A stretch of DNA of 64,000 bases from Candidatus Krumholzibacteriota bacterium (GCA_963806035.1 CAWDWO010000011.1:52899-116898); one strand, 5' to 3'; counted from the first letter of the stretch, positions 50,722 to 60,193 are shown. Notes: generated by a model from the letters alone, not told the origin. Program-made: numbers and translations.

Positions 50722-51285
50722 TCAGCCCTTCAGCCGATGCTCGCAAAGCACGGTGTAGTGTGCTCCCTGCGGCGTCAGGACGCTCTGGACCAGAACGACC
50801 GCGTCGAGGGTGCTGCGCCAGGAGAGCGGTGCCAATTCCCGCTCGAGTTCTTCCAAATCCGAGAGCGCGGGGGGCCGCTTGAATCTGGCCAAGGTGAGAT
50901 GGGCTCGAAAGGGGCGCTGGTCCTCTAGCTCCGCCTTTTGAGGAAGCGCACGCCGAAGGCTCTCCTTCAGCTCTTTCGCCAAAGAGAGAAGTCGATCGCC
51001 TTCAGAATGAACCTTCAGATAGGCCACACGGGCGCGCGAAAGATTGGGAAAAGCTCCCAGGCCGCCCCACACGAGCTCGATGGGAGGCCGCCGCAGACAG
51101 CTCTCGGTCGCTTCCTGGATGGCGGGCAGGGCAACGGACGGCGTCTCCCCCAGAAACTGCAGGCTCAGATGGAGATTCTCCTCCGGTACGAAACGGCCCC
51201 TGAGGCGGCGGGCAAATTCGGCAACGGCCAGGGCGAGTTCACGGCGAATTGTCTGCGGAGGAACGACGGCCAGAAAGAGCCTCAT
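50722..51285 (-). CDS. thpR: RNA 2',3'-cyclic phosphodiesterase (2H family)
   Basis: MRLFLAV, NLHLSLQFLG, FRAHLTLAR. Confidence 0.93.
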   Translation of the reverse strand: MRLFLAVVPPQTIRRELALAVAEFARRLRGRFVPEENLHLSLQFLGETPSVALPAIQEATESCLRRPPIELVWGGLGAFPNLSRARVAYLKVHSEGDRLLSLAKELKESLRRALPQKAELEDQRPFRAHLTLARFKRPPALSDLEELERELAPLSWRSTLDAVVLVQSVLTPQGAHYTVLCEHRLKG

Positions 51286-52550
51286 CGCACACTCGGGTCA
51301 CGCGGCCGGGGATGACTCATCGCGCGCCGCAAGAGTTCGAGCGCTGCCGCCACGCTCCACTGTCGATTCTGCGCGCGATCCCCCGGAAGATGGAGCAGCC
51401 GCGACTCGGAGTACTCAGCCCCCTCCAGAGCGATGTGGACCGTGCCCACCGGCTTGTCGCTGGTATCTCCCTCCGGGCCGGCGATGCCGGTGATGGAGAG
51501 CGCCCAACTCGAGCCGAGGAGCTCGCGAACTCCCCTCGCCATGGCGCGGGCGACTTCCTCGCTGACGGCGCCGTGCTCCGCCAAAAGCTGAGGGCTCACG
51601 CCGAGCTGCGCTTCCTTGACCTGATTCGAGTACGCCACGATCCCGCCCAGAAAGCTGCGACTGCTGCCCGGAGATTCGCTCAGCGCCGCGCCCAGAAGGC
51701 CGCCAGTACACGATTCGGCCACCGCTACGGTTTCGCCCCTCTCGGCAAGCATCTGGCTGACCACTTCGTCCAGTCCGCGATCGCCGATGGTGAAGACGTA
51801 TTCGCCGAGAACTTCCAACAGGGCTTGCGCGATTCCGGGGAGATCGACCGACTCCTGCCGGCTCGTGAGCAGAAGATCGACGCCAAAACGCGTCACACAG
51901 AAGGACAGCTCGACCAGAGAGGGATCGAGTTGAACTCCCTTCGCCAGATCGGCCGCCTTCGATTCGGGCAGACCGGCGCTGCGCAGACGCAGGGCCCGAG
52001 GCGCCGCGTTCTCCACCAGGGGAAGCACGATGCTCTCGGCGGTGGCTTCCCACATCGACTTCAGTTCGGCGGGAACCCCGGGCAACAGGATGATCGGAAT
52101 GCCCTCGCAGAGATGGAGCAGGCCAGGAGCAGTGCCACGCGGATTCTCGATGGGACGCCCATGCGTCGTTCTCATCGCCTGGCGCAGGTTGCTCTGCGGC
52201 ATGGGTCGATTGCGCTGGTGGTATCGCTGGCGCAGATTTTCCGCGAGTTCCTCGTCCAGCACCAGTTCCTCGTCGACAAAGGCGGCGAGCGCCTCGCGCG
52301 TGCGGTCATCGGGAGTGGGCCCGAGTCCGCCGCTGACGACGACCGCCACGGATTCCGAGTGCGCCGCGCTCAAGGCCCTGACAATCGCTTCGTGCTGATC
52401 CGGGACGATTCGGATGGAAGCGACACACGCGCGCCGCCTCCTCAGCCTCTCGATGAGGTAAGCTGAGTTGGTTTCCAGAGTCCGGCCGTCGAGAATTTCA
52501 TCGCCGACCATCACCAGACTCACGGCTTTCATTCGATTCAGAGCAGCCAT
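51282..52550 (-). CDS. cinA: Competence/damage-inducible protein CinA (MoCF-like domain + NMN deamidase)
   Basis: GDEILDG..ETN, SGGLGPTPDD, LPGVPAE, AESCTGG, ITGIAGP; alternative start at 52532. Confidence 0.93.
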   Translation of the reverse strand: MAALNRMKAVSLVMVGDEILDGRTLETNSAYLIERLRRRRACVASIRIVPDQHEAIVRALSAAHSESVAVVVSGGLGPTPDDRTREALAAFVDEELVLDEELAENLRQRYHQRNRPMPQSNLRQAMRTTHGRPIENPRGTAPGLLHLCEGIPIILLPGVPAELKSMWEATAESIVLPLVENAAPRALRLRSAGLPESKAADLAKGVQLDPSLVELSFCVTRFGVDLLLTSRQESVDLPGIAQALLEVLGEYVFTIGDRGLDEVVSQMLAERGETVAVAESCTGGLLGAALSESPGSSRSFLGGIVAYSNQVKEAQLGVSPQLLAEHGAVSEEVARAMARGVRELLGSSWALSITGIAGPEGDTSDKPVGTVHIALEGAEYSESRLLHLPGDRAQNRQWSVAAALELLRRAMSHPRPRDPSVR

Positions 52551-52984
52551 AGGAACACCGCCATCGCGGCCCGCGCGTAGACTCCCGCGATGAGGTCGTC
52601 GGCCATGATTCCCACGCCTCGCGGAAGCCCCTCCGCCCAACGTGCCGGCTGTGGCTTGAGAACGTCGAAGACGCGAAAGAGAAGGAACGCGACGAAGACG
52701 TTGAGGGGAGTCAAGGGAACGGCCAGCAGGGAAATCGCCATCCCCGCCGCTTCGTCCATCGTCGCTTGCTTCGGGTCACGGCCGAACTCCTCTTCCAGAT
52801 AGCCACAGGCCGGGATCCCGGTCAAAACAGCCAGCAAGACGAAGAGGGACTGGAAACGAAGATCGTTCACCGGGAGCAGGAAAAAAAGAACCGCCACCAC
52901 CAGACTGGTCCAGGTGGCGGGTACGACGGGGATGAAGCCCACGCCGAAGAAAGTCCCGAAAATGCGGCCGAAGAGTCGTTTCAT
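52538..52984 (-). CDS. pgpA: Phosphatidylglycerophosphatase A
   Basis: GVGFIP..PAT, DP...MDE..G, FRVFDVLKP, GIMADDLIAG. Confidence 0.92.
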   Translation of the reverse strand: MKRLFGRIFGTFFGVGFIPVVPATWTSLVVAVLFFLLPVNDLRFQSLFVLLAVLTGIPACGYLEEEFGRDPKQATMDEAAGMAISLLAVPLTPLNVFVAFLLFRVFDVLKPQPARWAEGLPRGVGIMADDLIAGVYARAAMAVFLWLL

Positions 52985-52990
52985 GGGGGC

Positions 52991-53019
52991 AGGGTAGGCC
53001 CGAGCCGTTTCGCGGTCAA
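52991..53019 (-). promoter_or_regulatory. Putative promoter of the pgpA-cinA-thpR-recA operon, possibly leaderless
   Basis: TTGACC-17 bp-TACCCT, followed by only 6 nt before the pgpA ATG; no SD. Confidence 0.6.
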
Positions 53020-53078
53020 GATCACGAAGCTTCTCCTTGCCGCTTTTGCCTCGACTCGGATAATACTGGCGAGGGGGC

Positions 53079-55145
53079 ATGATCTTCGAAGCGCTCGCGG
53101 GGACTGAACACATGAAGCTGAAAGGTGTGGCCGAGAGAATCTGCGGAGTCGTCGTTCTTCTGCTCGCTCTTTGGACCGTACTCTGCAACCTCTGCGTCTG
53201 GTGGGAACTCTCCCTCGATTTCCTGCTCATACTCTTTTTCGCCTGCCTGGCGGCTTTGGCGGTCCTCGCCTTCGTGCGACGCCGCCGGCAAGCTCCCATT
53301 CTGAGTTGGCTGGCGGAGAGCGAACTACCCGTCGTCTCGCCCGAGCCTCCTCGGGACAGATTCCGTCAGTTCTTTTCCTCTGATTCCTTCCGGATTTGCT
53401 GCGCCGTGCTCGGAGCCGTGGGCGTCGTCATGATCTTCGCCGTGCACCAGGATCCGGGGCTGCTGGCCCTAGCGGGAATCATCTTTCTCTTCGGCGCATT
53501 CGTTTCGACCTACCGCAGGCCACGCGAAAACGAGAGCCCGAGCGAGCGGGGCGAGTTCGTGCTTTTCTTCCTCGCGCTGGCACTGGTCGTTTTCACCCTC
53601 GCCGCCAACCGCCCCGATGCGGATGACTGTTTCTACGTGAACGTGGCGGCGCGCGCGGTCGCGCAACCGCACGCCGCATTCTTGCAACACGATGGCATCT
53701 TCGGAATTCCCGACCAGCCCGTGGTTTTGCCCGGATACCGCGTTCAATCCTGGGAGCCGCTGGCGGCCGCCATCAGTCGTATTTCCGGCCTGGCCCCCAT
53801 CCTCTGCCTGCACTGGGTCCTCGCCGGCCTCGTGGCATTCTTGACCCCCTTCGCCATCGCCCTGCTGCTGAAGAGACTTTTGCCTCGCCACTGGCTGGGC
53901 GCCACCGTGCTCACCATCGTGGTGATTCTCTGCATGGGAGACGCGCATTCTTCCTACGGGAACTTCGCCTTCGTGCGCATGCAACAGGGCAAGAGCGCTC
54001 TGGTGACCCTGGCCATCCCCCTCATTGCCGTCTACGCCCTGCGCTACACGCGCCGCCCGACCAGAGGCAATGCCGTGCTTCTCTTCGCCGTTCAGGCCAT
54101 GGCGGTGGGCATGAACTTTTCGGCCATCTTCCTGGCGCCGACCGTGGCGTGGCTCACCATCCTCGCCTCTTGGGACCGTCGTCCCGATCGCCGCATGCTC
54201 TGGGGATTGCTCGCCTCCGCCTATCCCCTGCTCATGATTGGGGTTTTGGCGGGGCCCATCCACGCCGCTTCGGCCGCTCTTCTGAAGGCCTGTCCACCCA
54301 CCAAGTCCGCGCTGGACCAATCGCGGGTTTTGGATGACAGCATCAAGTTGGTTTTGGGACAGGGCCGCATGCGCCTACTCGCATTCTTCTTCATGTTCAG
54401 CGCGTGGAGCGTTCCCCGCGACCGCCGCATCGCACGCATGATGATCCTCATTCCCCTGGCCTTCTTCCTTTTGGCCTTCAATCCGATCGCGGTGCGGCTC
54501 TTCGCGAAGACCCCGCAAAGCCACGATGTGTGGTTCCGCGCGTTCTGGGCCGTCCCCCTCCCCCACTTCATCGCGGTGGGTCTCTGCGCGCCACTTTTGA
54601 TTCTGAAACCCAGGCGAGTTCTCCCCTGGGCGGTGACGGCCGCCTTCGCCGCATGGCTGTTGGTGACGAGCGTGGGCAGAACCACGCTCGCGCCGAGCAA
54701 CGGAACCAGTTTTTTCTGGCCTCCGCGGGTCAAAGCTCCGGTTGAGGCCTACCGCGCGGCAAAAGCTCTGGTGGAAAACGTCGAGGCCGGCGCGAAGGTG
54801 ATCGCGCCGGTGGATGTCTCGGCCTGGGTCCCGACCTTCCGCAAGCCGGTCTATCCTCTCTACCCGCGCTTTCACTACCAATGCTACTTGGCACAGCGCG
54901 TCGATCCGGAAGAGGTGAACTTCCGGCGCACGCTCGAGGGTTTCGTCACTCATTCGGGCGAAAGTCTTCGTCATCCAGAAATCATCTGCTTCAATTCGTA
55001 TCGCGGGATGATCGACGGTTGGTGCGTGCAGAATTTCGGCAGAGAAACCAGCTACGAATTCTCCTCGAGTTACCGCTGTGGATTTGCGGAGGTACCCACG
55101 GAAACTTCGCAGTATCGCATCTGGACGCGGCACATGAATCGCTGA
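53079..55145 (+). CDS. Multi-pass membrane protein, DUF6077-like (putative GT-C fold)
   Basis: About 15 hydrophobic segments; RPDADDCFYV loop after the third/fourth TM, RMQQGKS, WFRAFWAVP. Family assigned from recalled motifs. Confidence 0.65.
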   Translation: MIFEALAGTEHMKLKGVAERICGVVVLLLALWTVLCNLCVWWELSLDFLLILFFACLAALAVLAFVRRRRQAPILSWLAESELPVVSPEPPRDRFRQFFSSDSFRICCAVLGAVGVVMIFAVHQDPGLLALAGIIFLFGAFVSTYRRPRENESPSERGEFVLFFLALALVVFTLAANRPDADDCFYVNVAARAVAQPHAAFLQHDGIFGIPDQPVVLPGYRVQSWEPLAAAISRISGLAPILCLHWVLAGLVAFLTPFAIALLLKRLLPRHWLGATVLTIVVILCMGDAHSSYGNFAFVRMQQGKSALVTLAIPLIAVYALRYTRRPTRGNAVLLFAVQAMAVGMNFSAIFLAPTVAWLTILASWDRRPDRRMLWGLLASAYPLLMIGVLAGPIHAASAALLKACPPTKSALDQSRVLDDSIKLVLGQGRMRLLAFFFMFSAWSVPRDRRIARMMILIPLAFFLLAFNPIAVRLFAKTPQSHDVWFRAFWAVPLPHFIAVGLCAPLLILKPRRVLPWAVTAAFAAWLLVTSVGRTTLAPSNGTSFFWPPRVKAPVEAYRAAKALVENVEAGAKVIAPVDVSAWVPTFRKPVYPLYPRFHYQCYLAQRVDPEEVNFRRTLEGFVTHSGESLRHPEIICFNSYRGMIDGWCVQNFGRETSYEFSSSYRCGFAEVPTETSQYRIWTRHMNR

Positions 55146-55164
55146 GATTCCGCGACTACGCGCG

Positions 55165-55217
55165 AAAAAAGGCGCCCCTCTACTGCCTTCGCCGAATGGC
55201 CAAGGTAGAGGGACGCC
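55165..55217 (-). terminator. Intrinsic terminator downstream of mglA
   Basis: GGCGTCCCTCTAC...GTAGAGGGGCGCC stem followed by T6 on the minus strand. Confidence 0.75.
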
Positions 55218-55265
55218 TCGCCCGGAAGCGGATGGAAGCTGCTCGATTCACGCGGATCGACAGGC

Positions 55266-55845
55266 TCAGTTGAGCTTGTGCAGCACCATCTTGGAAACTT
55301 GTTTCAGAGTCTCGAAAACTCCCTGACCCTTGACCGCGATGGCCTCGAAGGCCGCGTGCTTTTCCGGATTCAACTCTTCCTGGAGATTTTCCACGGGAAG
55401 CGCGTTCGGCAGATCACGCTTGTTCCATTGGATGACGAAAGGAAGCTCCTCGAGCTTCAAATTGTGCTCCGCCAGGTTCTCGTGGAGGTTGTACAGGCAC
55501 TCGATGTTGGCATCGATGCGGTTCTCGTCGCTGTCGGCCACGAAAACGATCCCGTCGACGCCGCGCAAGATGAGTTTCCGCGAGGCGTTGTAGTACACCT
55601 GACCCGGCACGGTATAGAGATGAAAGCGCGTCTTGAAGCCCTTCACGGTGCCGAGTTCGAGCGGTAGAAAGTCGAAGAACAGCGTTCGATCCATCTCGGT
55701 CGCCAGAGTCACGAGCTTGCCTTTGGTGTCCGGGTGACACCTTGTCGTAGACGTACTGGATGTTGGTGGTCTTCCCGCCCAGACCGGGACCGTAGTAGAC
55801 GATCTTGCAGTTGATTTCGCGAGAGCTGTAATTGATCAGCGACAC
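55266..55845 (-). CDS. mglA: Ras-like small GTPase MglA, frameshift near 55732
   Basis: [28 protein letters not shown] in one frame; [15 protein letters not shown]...[10 protein letters not shown]...NKRDLP in another. One extra base in CCCGG. Confidence 0.95.
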
Positions 55846-55866
55846 GGATTCTTCCCCTGGCTGGCT

Positions 55867-56370
55867 CTAGTCTGCGAAGAGGCTGTCGATCTCAGCCTCG
55901 ATTTCCTTGGTGAACTCGTCATCCACTAGCGGTTTGTCGTACTCTTCGTTGCGATACTCGAGTTTCTCGAACAAGCTCTCCACGATGGTCGAGAGTTCGC
56001 CCACCGCCCGCTTGACTCTCAACCGCACCAGGCCGAGGGTCGTGCTCTTGTCGAAGAGAACCACCAGAATCACGTCCCGCACGATTTTGCTCAGATACAT
56101 GCTCTCCTCGGCACCCTGGTGGTACAGGGTGGAGAAGTCCTTTTCTCCAATGAGCTGGGCGAGTTGGTTGTTCGCTTCGAAATCCGCGGCGCAGAGACTG
56201 GCGAAGGACATCATGTCGAAGTCCGGTGGCATCCCCACCTTGCTGATGAGTTGTCCCGTGCGGTCGATGAGAAGCGTCGAACGCGAATTGCTGCTCTTGA
56301 GCAGGTCGGAGAGGATACTGTTGATGGCCCAGTAGTCCTCTTCGAAGATCGACCAATCGGCCTTGACCAT
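55867..56370 (-). CDS. mglB: Roadblock/LC7 protein MglB (GAP for MglA)
   Basis: LLIDRTGQLI, SFASL.AADF.AN.QLA.LIGE..F..LYHQG, TLGLVRLRVK. Confidence 0.95.
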   Translation of the reverse strand: MVKADWSIFEEDYWAINSILSDLLKSSNSRSTLLIDRTGQLISKVGMPPDFDMMSFASLCAADFEANNQLAQLIGEKDFSTLYHQGAEESMYLSKIVRDVILVVLFDKSTTLGLVRLRVKRAVGELSTIVESLFEKLEYRNEEYDKPLVDDEFTKEIEAEIDSLFAD

Positions 56371-56601
56371 GTTTGCCTCGCTCCACTCTCACTCATGTAA
56401 GCTCTTGTTGAACAAGAACTTTTGAGATTTGGAAGATCGGACGGCGCGGCCCGTGCAAAGGGGAGAGCGCCGCGGTGAACGCACCGCGCGGGCGCAGCCT
56501 CCCGGGAACGCCTCGCTGATACGCAAGAAGCATGCACAGAGAAGCTCACACCCCGAGCTGGTCGCGAGAGGATCGTTCTGAGAAAATAAAGTGAAAGTGC
56601 T

Positions 56602-57213
56602 TCAGTCCAGGGGGCGGCGGCCTGAGAAGGCCCGTTCCAGGGTCACTTCGTCCACGTATTCCAGCTGGCCCCCCACCGGGATTCCGGTGGCCAGACGGCT
56701 GGTGCTGGCGCCACTGTCGGCCAGGAGACGGGCCACGTAGAGGGAAGTTGCCTCGCCCTCCACACTCCCGGGCAGGGCGAGCACGACCTCCTTCACGCCT
56801 TCCTCCTCCACCCGTCGACGCAGGGGAGCGAGTCTCAGATCGGAGGCCTCCACCCCGTCCAGCGGGGAGAGCAGCCCCCCCAGGACGTGGTAGCGGCCGC
56901 GAAAAATGGCCGCCTTCTCCAGGGAAAAGATGTCGGTGGGTTGTTCGACCACGCACAGAAGCGCGACCTGGCGTTGAGGATCGCGACAGAGTTCGCAACT
57001 CGCCTCTTCGGAGATGGCGCCACACCTCTCGCAACTGCGGACCCGGCGCGTGACCTCGCGCAGACTCTCCGCCAGTTCCATCGCCTCCTCCTCGGGCCTG
57101 GCCAGGACGTGCAAGGCCATCCTCGTGGCGGATTTCCTGCCAATGCCGGGAAAGCGCGAGAAGAGCTTGACCAGGTGTTCGAGCCGCGGTGAGCCGAGGA
57201 AATGTCGTTCCAT
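56602..57213 (-). CDS. recR: Recombination mediator RecR
   Basis: PGIGRKSA.R, CxxC...CxxC Zn finger, YHVLGG.LSPLDG, EGEAT, GIPVGG.LEYVD. Confidence 0.97.
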   Translation of the reverse strand: MERHFLGSPRLEHLVKLFSRFPGIGRKSATRMALHVLARPEEEAMELAESLREVTRRVRSCERCGAISEEASCELCRDPQRQVALLCVVEQPTDIFSLEKAAIFRGRYHVLGGLLSPLDGVEASDLRLAPLRRRVEEEGVKEVVLALPGSVEGEATSLYVARLLADSGASTSRLATGIPVGGQLEYVDEVTLERAFSGRRPLD

Positions 57214-57223
57214 TGCCTGACGC

Positions 57224-57532
57224 CTAGAAGAGCCCGGGGAAGCCCAGTCCGCCGGTGATCTTGCCCAGGGAATCCTGACTCATCTGGGCAACTTTGCGCT
57301 GCCCCTCCTGTACCGCCGCCAGAATGAGGTCCTCGAGCAGATCGACCTCGTCGGCGGCAAGCGCCTTGGGATCGATGTGAATGGAGACGAGTTCCTGCTT
57401 GCCGTTGAGCACCACCTTGACCATGCCACCCCCGCTCTCCGCCTCGACGGTCTTCTCCGCCAGCTCCTCCTGCGCCTTCTTCATCTGCTGTTGCATCTGC
57501 TGGGCTTGCTTCATCAACTGGTTCATGTCCAT
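57224..57532 (-). CDS. ybaB: Nucleoid-associated protein YbaB/EbfC
   Basis: MKQAQQMQ, SGGGMVKV, LEDLILAA. Confidence 0.95.
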   Translation of the reverse strand: MDMNQLMKQAQQMQQQMKKAQEELAEKTVEAESGGGMVKVVLNGKQELVSIHIDPKALAADEVDLLEDLILAAVQEGQRKVAQMSQDSLGKITGGLGFPGLF

Positions 57533-57558
57533 GCTGTCGTTCCTCGTTGAGGGAGAGT

Positions 57559-59289
57559 TCAGCTCTCGTCGCTGACCTGGCCGCCCAGGCCCGTGAGCAG
57601 GCGATTCAATCCCGGATGCTCTTGGCTGAGCTTCTCGACTCTCTGCTTCGCGGTGGGCGCGATCTCCCGTTGCACGCGCGATCGCCGCTGATTCTCCGCC
57701 GAATCGGGACGCGACAAGACCGTTTCGATCTTAAGGGTTCTGCCGAAACAATCCGCGGTGAGAGAACTCAGCCAGTTCAACACCTTCTTGTCTTGGAGCT
57801 GCTCGCGGTGAAAGGCGTGCTCCGGCGCGAACTTCAAGAGCAGGTGATCGCCCTCCACCTGGGGCACCGCATTCAGAAGGCAGGTGCCCAGTCCCATGTT
57901 GTCCTCACGTGCGCGGCTCGCCAGGATCTTGAAGGAGCTGGTGGTTTCGTCTTCCATCGAATTCATCAACTCGGGCGAAGCCGCCATGCGCGCGGCCGGA
58001 CGTGAGGGAGTCCTTGCCGCGGCCTCGCCACCGGGTGCGGAGGACCTCTTCGGGCTCGCGCCCTTCGCCCGCGCCCGCTGCTTCTCGGACCCGGACTCCA
58101 CACTGGAACTCTGACCGCCGGCGCGGTTGGAACTTGCGCCGCCCTCGCCCTCTCCCTGCAGACCGTCCAGCCGCCCCAGGATCTCGCTCAAGAGAACTTG
58201 GCTCTCCAGTCTCGTGTATTCGACGATCTGAGCTTCCAACAACCAGCGCGGCTGGGGAGCTCGTTCCAGGCGGCCGTAGTTCTCCGCCGCGCGTTGCGTG
58301 AGGTACAACAGATCCTGCGGCGAGAATTCGCGCGCTTGCTCGTGCATCCGCTGCTTCACCGCTTCCGGCTTCTCCACGCGCGATGCCAACTCTTCATCGA
58401 GACAGATCAAAAGAAGATCGCGGAAATTCCCCACCAGTCCGCGCGCGAAATCGACCAGGTCATAGCCCGATTGATTCAGCTCGTCCACCAAGTCCAGACC
58501 GGCGCGGCTGTCTCTCGCCAGAATGGCATCGTTGAGGGCGAGATAGGTGTCGGGGCCGGCCAGCCCGAAGAGGCCCATCAGCGCGTCCTTCTCGAGCTTT
58601 CCCTCCACCGAGGAAAAGGCCTGATCGAGAAGGCTCAGCGCGTCGCGCATGCTTCCCTCCGCCATGGCGGCGAGAAGTTCCAGCGCTTCCCCGCTGACCT
58701 CGCGCTTTTCGTCCTTCACGATGAGCTCGAGCCGCTGGCGGATCTCCTGCAGGGTGAAGAGCCGAAAGTCGAAGCGCTGGCAACGCGACAGAATGGTGCG
58801 TGGAATCCGCGTCGGTTCGGTCGTGGCGAAGATGAAGTGGACGTGTTCCGGCGGCTCTTCGAGCGTCTTCAACAGAGCGTTGAAGGCGCCTTTGCTGAGC
58901 ATGTGCACTTCATCGATGATGAAAATGCGCTTCTTGCCCGCGGTAGGCTGATATTGCGCGTTCTCGCGCAGTTCGCGGATGTTGTCGACTCCGGTATGAC
59001 TGGCCGCGTCGATCTCCAGAACATCCAGTAGCGTTCCCTCGGCGATTCCCTTGCATGCGGGACACACTCCACACGGGGTCGCGGTCGGTCCCTCGTCGCA
59101 ATTCAGCGCCTTCGCCAGGAGCCGCGCCATGGTCGTCTTGCCGCAGCCACGGGGTCCGGTAAAGAGATAGGCATGCGCCACTCGCCCCTTGGCCAGAGCG
59201 TTGCCCAAGGTGGTGGTCACGTGTTCCTGGCCGACGATGTCGTCGAAAGTTTGAGGACGCCATCTGCGCGCGAGCACCTGGTAGGACAT
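57559..59289 (-). CDS. dnaX: DNA polymerase III subunit gamma/tau
   Basis: MSYQVLARRWRPQTF, GPRGCGKTT, EIDAAS, IIDEVHMLS, TILSRCQ. Confidence 0.97.
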   Translation of the reverse strand: MSYQVLARRWRPQTFDDIVGQEHVTTTLGNALAKGRVAHAYLFTGPRGCGKTTMARLLAKALNCDEGPTATPCGVCPACKGIAEGTLLDVLEIDAASHTGVDNIRELRENAQYQPTAGKKRIFIIDEVHMLSKGAFNALLKTLEEPPEHVHFIFATTEPTRIPRTILSRCQRFDFRLFTLQEIRQRLELIVKDEKREVSGEALELLAAMAEGSMRDALSLLDQAFSSVEGKLEKDALMGLFGLAGPDTYLALNDAILARDSRAGLDLVDELNQSGYDLVDFARGLVGNFRDLLLICLDEELASRVEKPEAVKQRMHEQAREFSPQDLLYLTQRAAENYGRLERAPQPRWLLEAQIVEYTRLESQVLLSEILGRLDGLQGEGEGGASSNRAGGQSSSVESGSEKQRARAKGASPKRSSAPGGEAAARTPSRPAARMAASPELMNSMEDETTSSFKILASRAREDNMGLGTCLLNAVPQVEGDHLLLKFAPEHAFHREQLQDKKVLNWLSSLTADCFGRTLKIETVLSRPDSAENQRRSRVQREIAPTAKQRVEKLSQEHPGLNRLLTGLGGQVSDES

Positions 59290-59330
59290 GATGACCCAGA
59301 GCTGTGGGCTCTTCGCCCGTGAGGAATAGA

Positions 59331-59430
59331 TGGGCCAGGCGACCTGCGGCACGCAACAGGACTCGCACGCGGCTGCTACCTTCCAGTCCTGACCGGATTA
59401 GCAAGCTGATGCTGCGCAGGACCTGGCCCA
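59331..59430 (-). ncRNA. ffs: Small bacterial SRP RNA (4.5S)
   Basis: Long hairpin closed by UGGGCCAGG/CCUGGCCCA, with conserved core GGUCAGGACUGGAAGGUAGCAGCC; directly upstream of dnaX. Confidence 0.93.
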
Positions 59431-59511
59431 AACTCGCGTGTTCCGCCTCGAGATGCGCGAGCTCGCGGCTCGCCTTGGCGTGGCAGAATCTACGCTGGAG
59501 CGATCGAGAAC

Positions 59512-59588
59512 TGGTGGAGATGAGCGGGCTCGAACCGCCGACCTCCTCGTTGCGAACGAGGCGCTCTCCCAAACTGAGCTACATCCCC
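59512..59588 (-). tRNA. tRNA-Ala(CGC)
   Basis: Cloverleaf with G3:U70 pair, anticodon arm CCUCG-UU-CGC-AA-CGAGG, GGUUCGA T-loop, encoded CCA. Confidence 0.97.
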
Positions 59589-59599
59589 ATGCCGCGTAT

Positions 59600-59628
59600 G
59601 AAGTAGCATGGGAGCAGCCCCTTGTCAA
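59600..59628 (-). promoter_or_regulatory. Putative promoter of tRNA-Ala-ffs-dnaX
   Basis: TTGACA-17 bp-(TGc)TACTTC. Confidence 0.55.
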
Positions 59629-59649
59629 TTTTCCTGCCCAGGTTGCGCC

Positions 59650-60081
59650 ATGGCGAAGCGAAGAAAGCAGAAAAGCGACCCACAGGACATCCAAGAGGAG
59701 ATGCTCCGCCACCTCGCCGAGCATCCCCCCACCGCCAAGGATTCCGCGCCGAAGCGGCCCAAAGCGCGCGCCGGCGGGAAGGCACGCGCCGAGCCCCCCT
59801 CCCCCGCGCCGCGGCCGCGCCTCATGCTGCGCAAGATGCCCCTGGATCTCGCCCTGAGTCGCCTGCACGGCTTTCTCGTCGCCAAGCAAGCGCTGGGCAC
59901 CGAAGAGTTGATCGTGGTGGTGGGAAAGGGAAGAGGATCGCCGGACGGAATCCCCGTGCTGGCCCCGGCGGTCCGCGCATGGCTCGCGGAACATCCCGCT
60001 CTGGTCGCCGGATTCGAGGAGGCGCCGCCCCGCGAGGGCGGAACGGGAGCGCTCCTGGTGCGACTGCGGCCGCGCGCGTGA
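59650..60081 (+). CDS. Stand-alone Smr-domain protein with degenerate catalytic motifs
   Basis: VVVGKGRGS...VLAPAVRAWL...APPREGGTGALLVRL; ATG 59650. Confidence 0.85.
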   Translation: MAKRRKQKSDPQDIQEEMLRHLAEHPPTAKDSAPKRPKARAGGKARAEPPSPAPRPRLMLRKMPLDLALSRLHGFLVAKQALGTEELIVVVGKGRGSPDGIPVLAPAVRAWLAEHPALVAGFEEAPPREGGTGALLVRLRPRA

Positions 60082-60103
60082 GAGGCCGGCGCGAGCCGGG
60101 GAA

Positions 60104-60193
60104 TGGCGGAGAGGCAGGGATTCGAACCCTGGGACCCCTTGCGAGATCAACGGTTTTCGAGACCGTCCCGTTCGACCGCTCCGGCACCTCTCC
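60104..60193 (-). tRNA. tRNA-Ser(CGA)
   Basis: Cloverleaf with long variable arm, anticodon arm ACGGU-CU-CGA-AA-ACCGU, G discriminator + CCA. Confidence 0.96.

Noticed and set aside
57559..59289. Programmed -1 frameshift in dnaX
   Set aside because: No A-AAA-AAG or poly-A slippery run is visible.
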